A stretch of DNA of 64,000 nt from Dimorphilus gyrociliatus (Eukaryota > Animalia > Annelida), in the NCBI GenBank assembly GCA_904063045.1, contig CAJFCJ010000005.1:2722165-2786164 (forward strand). The letters run 5' to 3'. Under the pieces are notes generated by a model, which was given only the letters and a program-made list of their open reading frames with translations, was not told where the DNA came from and ran no database searches. Made by a program: the position numbers and the translations under genes. Within the stretch, counting starts at the first letter, position 1. Each line of letters begins with the position of its first letter. Positions 1 through 13,800 of the stretch are shown here, in pieces.

Positions 1-8
1 TCATATAG

Positions 9-30
9 TATATATATATATATATATATA
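9..30. repeat. (TA)n microsatellite
   Basis: Direct reading; similar TA tracts near 2855-2885, 27905-27933, 28044-28067, 32853-32887. Confidence 0.9.
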
Positions 31-3000
31 TTCCTTTTACGACGGCTAATGTTGACATATTTTAGCGCATTCTCAGTTCAAACTTAAACGTCGGGTCCTG
101 TGATCCAAACGTGTTGAATAAACACAGGAAATCGGTTATAACCTTACTCGCCCAAGTTATTTCTTTCTGTTGTGTTTTTTTTCTCATTCTGTAACCTTTT
201 TTCGAAAACGTAACAACAATTCATTATCAGTATTTTGTTTTTTTTTAAGCCCAAATATGTAAGCCTATATTTTATATTATAAAGAGAGTAAAAGAGTGGG
301 AGTAATTGAACACGAATAGGCCTAAGATCATAGGGTGAACTAGAATGAATATACGTAGGTATTTTGTAATACAAAGACCCTATCACGGCCGAGTGAATGT
401 GACATAGTGGCTGGCTTTATAAAAGAGTATAACGATTCTTTCGATAAACCCCTGGACCCTCGTCCCGTGTCTCTTTTCATTCAACCTTTCATTGATTATT
501 ATTACCGTTATTACTTTTTAAAAGATTTATAAAGAAAGTGTTACTCTTTTTTTTATTTAACGTCTCACTATCCTCTTTGAACGAAAGAAAACTAAGCTCC
601 TCTTCCTTTTCGTTTTCTTTTTTTTTCTTTCTTGTTCAATTCCTATCGTTCTTTATTTATATTCTAGTACTCACGGTAGTTTGGCTATATTTACGCTGGT
701 ATCGATTAGTTCTAACGCTTCGGGTATGTAGTCCTATATGACCAATACGCTTGAACAGATGTTCCAGTTAAAGGAGTAACGAAACGTCAATAACATTGGG
801 GGGAAAGTATTGATCGGTTTTTAAAAAAAGAAAAAAAAACGCCTTGAAATTTGTATATATACAACATCTACCAGCTCCTTTCTGTTGGCTTTTTATCATC
901 GTTTATATTATTACTTTTACTCGTCTTAAATCCTTTCTCCGGGGAGATCGAAAAGCCGGGGTGATAAAAGAAGGTAGGATAAAAACGCAGGCGTTGTATA
1001 AACACGCGTACGCGCCGCTAATTGCGGAAAGTTACATAATAAGTGTGACGTCATAAGTGTCGTTGGAGCTTACCAGGGGGTAAAAAGAACTTTTTTTTAA
1101 CCGTTTCAACAGTATAAAGAGCGCGTTAGACGAAAAATAGAGGTATTATAGAGGGAAAGAGTGAGAGAAAGAATGGGAAAAGGGGGAGTAAAATTGTAAG
1201 ATTATGGACAAGAGAGAAAGAGGCACTCTTACCAGTTTCCTACTGTTTTCTTACCTGCGTAAAAATTAGAACTATACACAAAAAAAGAAATACGATTTAT
1301 ATTGAAAATGATTCAAGAATAATCATTTAAATAATAGGCTACTGTAATAAAAGAATATTTGTACATATATTTCCATATAGGTATTCGTTCAATCGAATAT
1401 TGAACAGTTAGTAAGTAGTAAATCGTAACCAAAAAAAAGTGTTCAAATCAGTATAAGCGTATATACCTGAGAGTTGAAGAGACGAAGGAGGGAGGGGGGG
1501 GAGAGGGACAAAAAAAAAAAACCGCGTTCAAAAATTTAGGTCGATGCGATCTCAGCGGGTAGCGTTCGAAACGGGGCTGCTTACAAAACACACATTCTGT
1601 ATAATTGAGGATTACTGGCTATTGTTGTATGAGCCCTAGATTTTTTTACGCTTTATATATATGTAGATATATATATATAAACTATCGGGTGTTTATAAAA
1701 TATGCGAAAGTTAAGGGGGGAAAACAAAAAAAAACAGGGTCTAAGAATTAAACTATACAGCGTAAAGGATAGGCTTTAACGGAACTGAACAACAAAGGCA
1801 ATCAACAATAAGTTATCTGTGATATCTTGTTCATTCCCCGTGTTGGGAATAGGGATAATTATGCAATAAAAAAATAGACGGTACGTTTAGCTCACATCAA
1901 ACGCTAATTAGATACGAAATTTCTCACTCTAAACATTATAATCGTTTTATGAGGCGATTTGGCTTTTTTTTAAGCCTATATATGTTATTGGAAGCAATTT
2001 CAATACATGAAACGAATAGCCGCTTCGACTACTGGTTTATCCAATCTAAATATTTGAATCGTTGCGCAATACGGATAATTACACTATCTGACTAAGGGAA
2101 AAGTAGAGTGTTTTTTCAATTTTTTTTGACATTAGACCTTTTAACGAATGAATTGTTTTTCCTACTTTACGTAATAAGTCCATTCAAACAAATTGTCTAA
2201 TTAAAGGATATTTACATAGGCGGTAGCATAGAGAAAGTTAATTAGACGGCTATTGTTAAATATATATTTATATATGTATAAAAAGACAATTAATTCTAAA
2301 CTACTCCTATGCATTAAAATTACATTCCCCTTCTCCTGGCTCTTCCCGCCCTGTCTCATTCACGACACAAGCTGTTTAAATAATCAAAATATTTTGAAAA
2401 AGAAGTCATAAATTCGATTCCAATGTAACTGAGATATTCTTGCTATTGAAGGCACTAGATTAGATTATTATCGAAAATATAAAAACACACTGCCCTATAC
2501 AAAGTTTAAAAAATTTATTTCTTTACCCTCATTACTACAACCACTATTATTTGTTCTTCTACTAAATCTTATACTTATTCAACTCATTTTTCTTCATATA
2601 TTGTTAATTGGCCAAATTTTTATCGATTAATACCAAATAATTGCATTAAACAAACGAATGAACGAATGAGAAAGACAGAGAGAGGCGGGTGGGTGGTAAG
2701 ATAGAGGAGGTGTTATCGTACTGTTACCAGTACGTAAGGTATGCAATATTAAAAGAGAGAGGTGGTTAGTTGCAAGTTTCAATAATGGTTCTAGTAGAAT
2801 AGTTGCGTGTAGGATTTTATTCAGAGAATTTTAATCTTTTAAAAGTCTTTAAATATATATATATCATATATATATATATATATATAGATTATTATTTATT
2901 AGGCCTACAATTGAGAACAATACTTTTCTAAAAAGAGATTAAAGACTATTTAGGATGGACGGTATAAATGAGCCATTACCTAATGTATAGTATTTCCCTA

Positions 3001-4846
3001 TATACGGGTAATAATCGACATGACACGCGTAAAAAAGAACTATTAAAATATATTGGGTGAAGGTTTAAATTTATATAAAAAAGCTATAAAAAAAAATCCC
3101 CCTTTCTTTCCCTTATACATTGTGAAACGTAGTAGGAAAACGACGGGTGGTCGACGGCTATTTGAATTTTTAGTTATTCCTTTTATAACAATTTAATCGG
3201 GCGTTTATAGGCGACAAACTGGGTGAAATTTCTTTTTTGTAAAGTATCTTTTTACATCAGTTTCTGAGTAGTCTTTCATACAATAAAGAATAATAAAGTC
3301 GTAAAAGATTTTGAAAATAGGCGATAGGTGTGAATAGTATGAGTATTAGCGTTAATAATTAAGTTAAATAGAGATTCTATAGTTCTACTTATAGAGTATA
3401 TTTTTATTCTCTTATATCTTTAAGAGAAGAAAAACTTAGTATAAAGAATTATAGATAATTTAATAACAAAAGTATATATATATATATATATACTAATAAT
3501 AAGTTAATAAATATTAATAAGGGTTCAAAAATTGATTAGATACAACACTGACTTTTTTGTAAGGACTTTTATTAGTTTAGTAAACTCTCGAAAACGCGCT
3601 TAAAGTTGACAGACGTGCCGATGTTGAATAGAAATTCTAGTGAATAAAAAAAATATGAAAAAACCAATTAACATTTACAATGCAAGTTTAGAATCACCAA
3701 TGTTGTTTTTAAAGGTCGGATATGTTTGTTTGTTAGTTATTAAAGTAAGCCGATCGGCATCTCTTTACCTTAGATATTACTTTTTTCTATTGTTATTATT
3801 TCTCATCATATTTTTCTTTTAAATTAGTTTAAAAAAGAGATCAAAGCAATACTTACAGAACAATAGGATATGTACCTGCCGCTGTTTCGAATTGAATAAG
3901 TACTAAACATTGCCCCGTCTTTCCCTAACTCCTCTTTTATTTATATTAATAGAAAAACGATTTTAACCCTAGGGGCTAATAGGAGTAGGGCCCTCTTATG
4001 GGAATGACAGATGGCCTCCATTCTCTTTTATGTATACCTATAAACAAATCACATCAATTTCCGGAAGTCGTATAATATTGAGCTATGTATAAATACTACA
4101 AATAATGAATTTTTAATAAATATTTATAGCAAAACACCAATTATGGTCAAATAGTAAAAAGCGTAAAAGAATAGTTTAAAATAAGACAACCTTTTGAAGG
4201 TTAGTAGCGAAAAATAGTATGCAAATAATGACAAATAGCCCAACAACAATGGTATGATGGGATTAAGAACGCCGTTCGCATTGAATACTTCCCTTTTTTG
4301 GAGACGAAAAACCCTTTTGATCAAAGTTTATTATATCACTTATTCCTATCTACACGGCTTTAATATTTTGAATACATACGCAAGCATATATTTTATTATA
4401 TAAGCAACATAGAACTATTCATTTCTTTTAATTATTCTTTAGCCATTCGAGAGTTTGATAAGAGTTCTTATCCATATAGAAAAGGCGTTTATAAATCGAT
4501 TAATCTTTATTTATCATATGCGTAATTTTTTTTTTGGTTGTATCTTCTTTGTTCAGTATATCTTTTCTTGTACCCTTAACAATCTACTTTCCCCTACTTT
4601 TACCCTAAAGGCGTTGTTAGAACGTCATTGAAGTCGCTACTGTCCGAAGGGTTTTTTTCTGTCTATTCGAGAGAAGTTCACGAGTAGATTTATAACCGAA
4701 TTTTTACTACCTCAATTACTTTAAGACCTATTCATCTTATTACGTTTATTAGCAATTAATTGAACCAAGTTGTCTATGTAATATGTAATTAACTGGGAAA
4801 TAGACGCGTAACACCTGCTCGTTTATCACGCTTTTACCTCCAACAG

Positions 4847-7800
4847 GTACGCGTCACCGTTCTGGATAGAAATGATAACGCTCCCAAATTTGAACAATAC
4901 ACCTACACGGTTGAAATTCCTGAAGACGCTAAAATCGATTACGTAGTGGCATCTTTGAAAGCGAAAGACGCCGATAGTACATCGTCTATTATTACCTACG
5001 ATCTACTAAATAATGCCGATTCGAAACTATTCAAGATAGATGAACGCGAAGGTAGAGTGTCTTTTAAATTATTCATGTAGGCTTTCATCGTTTTCCCTCT
5101 TTTCATTAGACGTTTCCTTTTCAGGCGTTATCAAATTACAAAGATCTATAGATTTCGAAACTAAGAAGGAGCATAAATTGACGGTTACTGCCTCTGATGG
5201 AAGTTTCAGCTCTTCGGCCGACGTAATAATTCGCGTTGAGGATGTAAACGATTTAACGCCTGCATTCAAGTCGAAAATCTATTCCTTTGACGTTGCCGAA
5301 CACTTTGAACCAGTTGTAAGGATTGGGCAAGTTAAAGCCGACGATGGAGATTCGGGCGTAAATGGACAAATAACCTATTCGTTTATAACTACTTATGCTC
5401 GAGACAAATTTTCGATGGACGGCGAGTCCGGATCAATTAGCTTAATCGGTAATCTAGACTACGAACAGGTAATTATCAAGCTAATCCTACCGACCACCAA
5501 CTGTTTAATTAACCTGAATCTCTGTTCCCCCATTTTCAGACGAAATTGTATATATTAGTTGTTGAGGCGAGAGATAATGGAAGAAATGTTGTACTATCGT
5601 CAACAGCATCAGTCTTTATTAACGTTTTAGACTCGAACGATAATAAACCCACATTCAATCAATCAACCTATTCAACAACTGTCAAGGAGCGTTCACAAAT
5701 CGGTCAATTCGTCCTCAACATCACGGCAACTGATGTAGATGAAGGTAATATATTAATTAACACCAATTTCCTAAATTGCAATTGAATATTGAAGTCTCCG
5801 CTCAAAGTGGATGTCATAAGGTTAATAGGAGTGTCAATGATAATTCAAAACGCCAGAATAACGCATATACAACAACCGGTTACGTTCTTTTATTTAATTT
5901 TCGCGCCTAAAAAACTTTAGCAGCTGGATGTCCTTATTTCAAACTGTGACGTCACTAGTTAGCATTGACGCCCCACTGAGAAATATTCAAGAAAATGGAA
6001 AAGAGAAGAGAACGTGCCGATTTTTAATAATAGAAAGAAAGAAAGAATGAAAAAAAAAATCTTGTAAAATGTTCGTTTGTGTACAAAACGTTTCGAATTC
6101 CTTTCTTTCAATTATACTGGTCTTGTTATAAAATTTTGTTGACAATAATATCTAACTTACTATTTTCTTTTCGTCAATAGGAGAGAATGGTGCTATAAAA
6201 TACTCTATTACCGATGGTAATGAACAAAACTGCTTTCAAATTGGCGATAACAATGGAATATTAAAGATTGCTGATGAAATTGATAGGGAAACTATTTCAG
6301 AGTTTCGCCTCATTATTACTGCAACAGATAGAACTAGTCCATTTTACACGTCTACCGCAAAAGTTATTATTAAAGTTGAGGATATTAATGATGAACCACC
6401 ATTGTTAACTATCGATAAAGAGCTTAGAGTTTCAGAGAATATGCCATCTAATACTTTAGTTGATAAGCTTACTTTTGTGGATAGAGATATCGGACCGCAT
6501 CACGTAAGGTTTTCCTTAAGGAATAATGGTGGGGGAAATTTTAAAATTGATCCCAAGATGGGAAACCTGCTAACTACAAGGAAATTAGATTACAAGAAAG
6601 CAGATAAATACGAATTATTGGTAAGAATAGAGGACGCCAATAAACCAGATTTGAAATCCGAGTCGAAAATAATCGTACGAGTAAAGGATGAAAATAACTA
6701 TACACCTTTCTTCGTTAAATCTTCTTATTCGGCTGAAATATCTGAAGCAGCCGATACGGGTACAACAATAATAAGCGTGAAGGCTAATGACGAAGATTCG
6801 GGATTAAATGGACAAGTTCGCTATTATATTACTGAGGGAGATGACGCTTCAGATTTCCTTCTAGATAGTCATTCCGGTTCATTAACTGTTAGAGATAGAT
6901 TGGATAGTGAAAGAGCTGATTTTTATAATTTAAGGGTAGTAGCTAAAGATATGGGGGAAAGATCAAAAAGCTCTACTGTTATGTTAACAGTGAAAGTGAC
7001 AAGTTCTTTCTTAGACATGCCAACAATAAAGAATTCCCCCATAAGGGCAAAAGTATTGGAAGGACCTTCTTCTGCTTCTGTCGACGTTGTTCAAGTACTG
7101 GCTTCGTATACCAGCGGTAAACCGTTGGAACAGGTACAATTTGCCCTTCAGAAAGGAGATTTAACTCTATTCGGAATTAACGAGAAAACGGGTTTAATCT
7201 ATACAAAGAAGGAATTGGATAGTGAAGAGAAGGATGAATATAAGCTTGAAGTCTTAATAATAACTGGAGGTAAGAAAAACTAATTAATTAAGTTCTTAAA
7301 TGGTGCTCAAGTCTCTTAACAAAATTGTGCATGTGTGTCTGTGTGTGTGTGTGTGTGTCTATTGTGTTTTTGAAGAATGGGGGGTAATGGGGGCGGTGGC
7401 AGTACGGCTGGGGTGCGGTAACTGAAAAATGGGTGGAGAATATTGTATCGATTGCGTAATTCGCCATGTGAACAATAACGTTAAAATAAGAAAGGAAAGA
7501 AATAGCTTGAGACAAGTTGACCAGTCACGTTCAAGCAAGCTTTTTCAATTTAACAAGGCCTTTTCACTTTATATAACGATCTTGTCTATTACGAAATATT
7601 ATAATAGATAAATGGGAAGACCATTGAATGATTATTTGAGATAAAACAGATTATGTTTTGATTATCCCATCGAAAAAAATTATCTTTATATTAATCCATT
7701 AACGGTATTTTTTTGGTAGAATGTCAATATATGTACACAGACAAACAGACAAACAGATGAAAAGCAAATGATTATAGGCCAAAAGGTCGGACAATTATTT

Positions 7801-10800
7801 AAATAAATATTATGAATGTAAAGAGAACAATCCTTTATCAGGACCGAAGACGAGGTATTCGTGAGTTAGTGACTAATAAAAAATAAATATACGTTTCACT
7901 TTGTTTATTACGAGTGTTTTTTAGTGAAGTCACATAAACCAACCAGCGGAATTCGAGAGTTAATGTTGTTTGTACAAGGCGTATTATACACGTCCAATAA
8001 CCTTCGATTTAATATTACTTTTGCTAGTTTTTCTAAACACAACTGTGTTTCAATGTTTCAAATCTATCAATCAATCTGTTTATTAGTTTATATTCTCCCC
8101 TTTTTTCGAATTATTACTGCATTCTGTTTGTTTGTTTGTTTCTTGTTTTGTTTCTGTCCGTCCCTTTATTTCTTTCCCATTCGATTATATATAAATATAT
8201 ATATATATATAGGCTTTTTCTTTTTGCTTATCACACGTTTCACCTATAGAAAGAGGGTGGAAAAAAAATAAGATTTTTTCTCTCATTTCAATTGTCTATT
8301 TTGTTATTATTATTCTCCCTTTCTTACTGATTCAATCATTATGAGTTATTTATGCCCTCTTCTTATTCTACCTGAATTTTAATTGACAAGTTTGAGTACT
8401 GTTTAAGATATTCTTCTCCATCGCAAAAGTAGGGAAAAGTCCCTCTTTTCGCATGCAAACTACTCCTTAACGAGCCGTGATGATTTTTATTCATTCCTTT
8501 TCTTCTTCTTTAAATAGCACCTGGCAAACCGACTTTAACTGGAACTGGAATTGTCGAAATTCACGTAGAGGACGCTAATGATAATGATCCGATATTCATT
8601 ACCGATTCTTATACAGCTGATGTTATTGAAAATGCACCTGGTGTAACATTTATAACTGTTCAAGCTGTCGATAAAGATTTCGGAAAAAATGGAAGGATTA
8701 CGTAAGTTAATAATTTTAATTTATAAAGATTAAAATGTAGTATTTATTCATGAATATTCATAGATATATAGTAGAGTGAATTCTATATATAGTTATTCCT
8801 TGTCTATTGCAGTTATTCGCTTAGCAACTACCAAAGAGAATTTCAAATGAACGAAGTGAATGGAGAAATATCAACTCGTATAGGCCTTGACCGAGAAGAG
8901 AAAGCTGAATATAATTTAATAGTAAAAGCTAAAGACAATGGCGACATCTACCGGATGAGCATGGCAACTGTATTGGTTCGTGTGAGAGATTTCAACGACA
9001 ATACACCAAAATTCTCGATGGGTGAAACTTTTCGCGTGAATGCCCCATTGAATGCAGGTGCGTTATAGATCGACAACGGCATACTTAAAATAACTTAACA
9101 AAATAGATCCACCTCATGTCCTTTTCTGTCTACCTCTTATCACCGCCCATTTTTCAATCTATATTTCTCTCCCCCCTTCCTCCTCATCCTCCCCCTCCTA
9201 CCTTTCTTTCATTCATTCTCTTGCGCTCTTCTTTCTGTCTATTTAGCTTTTCAATCTCTCTTTTAACTTTTACTCCAAATCGGGCGATGAAAAGACTATT
9301 CTCTCTATATAAATAGTAGTTAGTAGACGTTGATTTATTACCAGAGCCCGCATCCTTAGTTGTTGTAATATTGTAAACATTATTTGTCATGTCACCAATA
9401 GTTTGACAAGGTTATCTCATGAAGAATCATGAAGAAAAGAATTCCCTCGGCGGCTCAGTTCCTTGTCTCCTTTATTCTCTTTTATCAAAAATATAACAAA
9501 AGCATCTAAACTAATATATTACATTTATTTACTATTTGCACTATATATATATTTTTTTGTGTGTAAATAAACAGACAAACCAGCGGCTAGTCTATCAGCA
9601 TACGATGAAGATTTATACGAAAATGGAACATTACAATTCTCAATATTAGATTATAATTCAAATTTATTTAATTGTAATTCAAAAACTGGTTTAATTACTG
9701 CAAAGAGGAAAATAGATACTGGAGAATATCAATTCAAAGCCATTGTAGAGGATGCGGTATAAAAAATTTTCTTTTTCAAACCTCTATTAATATATTTAAG
9801 CAAAAGTCGTGAAATCGAACGATTGAATGACTTTATAAATAATAAAGAGATATTTCAGTAGTTTAATATTTATATATACTTTAGAGAAGGCTAAAAAAAA
9901 TAGAAAAGAATAGAAAGCTAGATAATTTCTTTTTAAATGCTATTTATTTTTTTTTTTATAAAAAAAAAAAAGAATTGTAATAATTTCTTTTCTATTCATA
10001 CGCAGGCAACCGTTAAGCGATCGACTGAGTTAATCGTAAAAGTAATTGTAAGAACACCGAATACCGCCGTACCGGACTTTTCTCCTAACACAAAGACATC
10101 GTTTAGCTTACGGGAAGACGAGGACATTGATAAAGTATTTTATACAATCAAAACCACTCAATCTAAAGGTATTTTCTACCGAATTATTGGTGGCAATTTG
10201 CAAAATATCTTCTATTTGCACCGAAATACTGGTGAACTGTCCTTAAAATGTCCCTTAAAGTCTGTTCAAATATCAAAATATCAATTATTAATTGAAATAT
10301 TTAATGAAAATGAGGGAAGAAACTGGAGAGTATTCAATATCAATATTCAAGATGTTCTCAATACTCCGCCCATGTTTGATCAATTATTATACAAGAGAAA
10401 CTTCACCGAAACACTTGTCGGTGAAGTTCTAACCGTTTCAGCAACTGATAGAGATTCGGGATTAAAGGCTAAACTCGCCTATTCGATTCAAAGTGGAAAC
10501 GTCGATAATAAATTTAGTATCGACTCGGAAGATGGTTCTCTTAGCGTTCATAGAGCGCTAGATCGGGAGAAAGTATCCTTTTATCGCCTAGTTATCGTAG
10601 CTACCGATAATGGACAACCCAAAGAAACTGGAAGTTGTACAGTTGAAATAAATGTTCAAGATGTTAACGACAATTATCCAAGATTTACCCACAATTCCCG
10701 TACAACTGTATCTGAAAATGTCGGTATAGGTTCATCAATTGTACGAATTACCGCCTCAGATCCAGATTTAGATAAACAATTACGCTATCAGTTGATCACT

Positions 10801-13800
10801 AATCCCTCAAATACTTTTGATATCGACGAAATAACTGGTATTGTAACAGTTGTTAAACCATTAGATTATCTTCAGTACCAATCCTATTTTATACGTATTT
10901 CGGTTGAGGATGGAGTCTATCAGCAAACTACAACATATCAAATTAAAGTTGAAGATACAAATAATCAATCTCCAAAATTCAAAGATGATCTTTATTCATT
11001 TAACGTTATTGAAAATTCAAAAGTTGGAACATTTGTTGGAAAAGTATCGGCAACTGATGCTGATACTAGCAATTTAAATTCAAAAGTACGCTACTCCTTT
11101 AAAACTCCGACTGAAATATTCTGGATAAATAAGACAACCGGAGAGGTTTTTACAAGAGATGAGATCGTCAGAAATGAATTAGTCGAAGAAGAAAATAATC
11201 ATGAATTAATCGTCTCCGCTTTTGATTTTGGGGAACCTGTACTCTCCGGTCAAGCTCAATTAATTATTTCAATCAAGAAAAAGAATACAAGACCACCAAC
11301 ATTTGAAAAGTCTTCTTATTCAACTGCTGTTGAAATTGACGCTAATACTGGTACTGTTATATTTAGAGTAACGGCTACTGATCAAGATGTTCCAATCGTC
11401 TATAAGAAAGTTAATGAAAATATCGATACGGATAGATTCCATCTAAATCCGTCAAATGGAGAGATAACATTAGCGTCATCAGTAAAGGATTTGATCAATA
11501 AGATATTCGTTCTAAAGATAGAAGCTTCCGATTCTGGCAATCCCGTATTAAAATCTATTTGCGACGTTTCTATTGAAGTTGTCCCTCCCAATGAAAATGC
11601 TCCCAAATTCACTGGATCGAGTAGTTTTAGAGTTGATGAAGACAAGCAAAGAGGTTTCCCATTCGGTTTGGTGAGTGCAACTGATCCAGATGGAACTAGT
11701 GTTACTTTCGAATTGGAAGGAACTGAGCTTTTCTCCATAAGCCGCAGCGGAAATTTAATTGTACTGTCGGACTTGGATTACGAAAAGAATACTTCACACA
11801 CTTTTAACGTTATTGCTACAGATACAGATCCTGTTCCCTTAAAGTCTAAAAGAACTATAACAGTTTTCATTAACGATGTAAACGATAATCCACCAATAGT
11901 TAATCCAAATCAGATAATTAAAGTTTCTGAATTAACATCACCTAATCGAATTATCCATAGATTAAACTTTACGGATTTAGACAGTGAATCCAATTCCGTA
12001 ACGGATTTCTTTTTAATTGGAGACAGTAAAGCCTTAACGATGTTTAACGTCAATCGTACAAACGGGGAAGTAAAAACAATTAAGGCTCTTGATTATGAGA
12101 AAGAAACAACGTATTCCCTTATCTTCAAAGCTACTAATCCTGGAACGTCTTTGAGTTCAACTTCTACAGTTAAATTGGAAGTACTTTCAGATAATGAATA
12201 TGCTCCAAAATTCAAAAATGAAGAATATAACTTTATAGTTAGTGAATCTGCCAAACCTGGTCACGAGTTAGGAGTTGTAGAAGCGACCGATAACGACAAA
12301 GGATTACACGGATTTATTAATTACTATCTAGTTGGCGATAGTAATGCTAAAGGTTTTACAATAGATCACAACACAGGAAAGATAACGATATCTTCATCAG
12401 TTGATAGAGAGTCATCTGCTACAATTAAATTAATAGTAATAGCGAAAAATCCTGGTCCTATAAATGAAAAACTAGTTGACTATTGTACTGTTCAAGTATC
12501 TGTAAGAGACGCAAACGATTATCCAAAATTCGTTCAGAAAATCTTCCAAGGACGTATTATGGAGAACGTCCAACCGGGAGCTTACGTTGGAAAGGTAACG
12601 GCAACTGATAATGATATAAGGCTATTGGATAGAACATTCTTGTATTCACTGGGTATTGGTGACAGCGAATCCCTATTCCAAATCGACTCAAACGATGGAA
12701 CTATTAGATCTAGGGCCACATTCAATCGAGAGCTAACGGAAAGCTATTCCATAAGAGTACTAGCAATTGATAGAGGAGTACCACCCATGACAGGCTCCGC
12801 CACCATGATTGTAACCGTTGAAGATACTAATGATGAACCGCCTTATTTCGATCCTGAATATCCTATCGGTTATGTAACGGAGAATTCTGTACCTGGTTCA
12901 GAGGTAGTTATAGATTTAAAGTTATTCACTAAAGATAAAGACTTGGATCCGAATAGAGGACCGTATATATATGAACTATTAGATCAAAAGGACAAGCTAA
13001 ACATAGACAAAGGCGTTGTCGAGACAAGGGTCAATTTAAATAGAGAGGAATTGGAATCTTTCGATGCAACAGTGAAAGTTCAAGACTCCGGAAGTGGTCA
13101 ACCACAAACATCAACATTAACGTTCAGAGTTGTGGTCAATGATGTAAACGACAATCCATCTACAGAACGTTCGGCAACCATTATTATCAATGTCTTAGAT
13201 AATGAATTCGATGGAGGTATAATTGCAGACGTTCGACCACTAGACATTGATAAAGTGGGAAATTTCCAATGCTCATCTTTAAAATCCGATTCATCAGATT
13301 TAACCCTTTTTTCAAACTGTTCACTCGTTTCTGCAAAAACCACAAACTTTAAAAGTTTAAACATCAAAGTTAACGGTAACGATAGTATACATGGTACTGT
13401 TACATCTACATTTAGCATCAATTGGAAATCGGTTAGCAATGACGCAGCAGAAAAATCACTTATCATTCAATTAGCAACACCAGCTGATGATTTCTTTAGT
13501 AGGAACTACGTAAATTTTGTCAGAGCAGTTGAAGATATAGTCGATAAAACGGGAAAATTAATTATTCTAAGTGCAAGGGATGCTAACGAAGAAGGAACGG
13601 AACTAACTCTCGCCTACCAGCTTACTTCCGGCAATTATCTATCATCTGTTCAATTTAATAACATATTGAGGAATAATAAGAGATTGTTAGAAAATAGGGT
13701 TGGTCTCGTTGTTAAACGAACCAACGCCGATCCTTGTTACGATAATCCATGTAAGAATTCGGGTGAATGCGTTTCAACAATGAAGGTCAATAAAAGGAAA

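Noticed and set aside
1832-4006. TEAD/Scalloped words (CATTCC 1832, GGAATG 4001) suggesting Hippo feedback on FAT4
   Set aside because: About this many 6-mers are expected by chance in 4.8 kb.
4441-4690. Acceptor-like sites at 4442 and 4610 giving AIREFDKSSYPYRKG and GVVRTSLKSLL
   Set aside because: No good phase-compatible donors, and the peptides do not fit cadherin repeat spacing before exon 4847.
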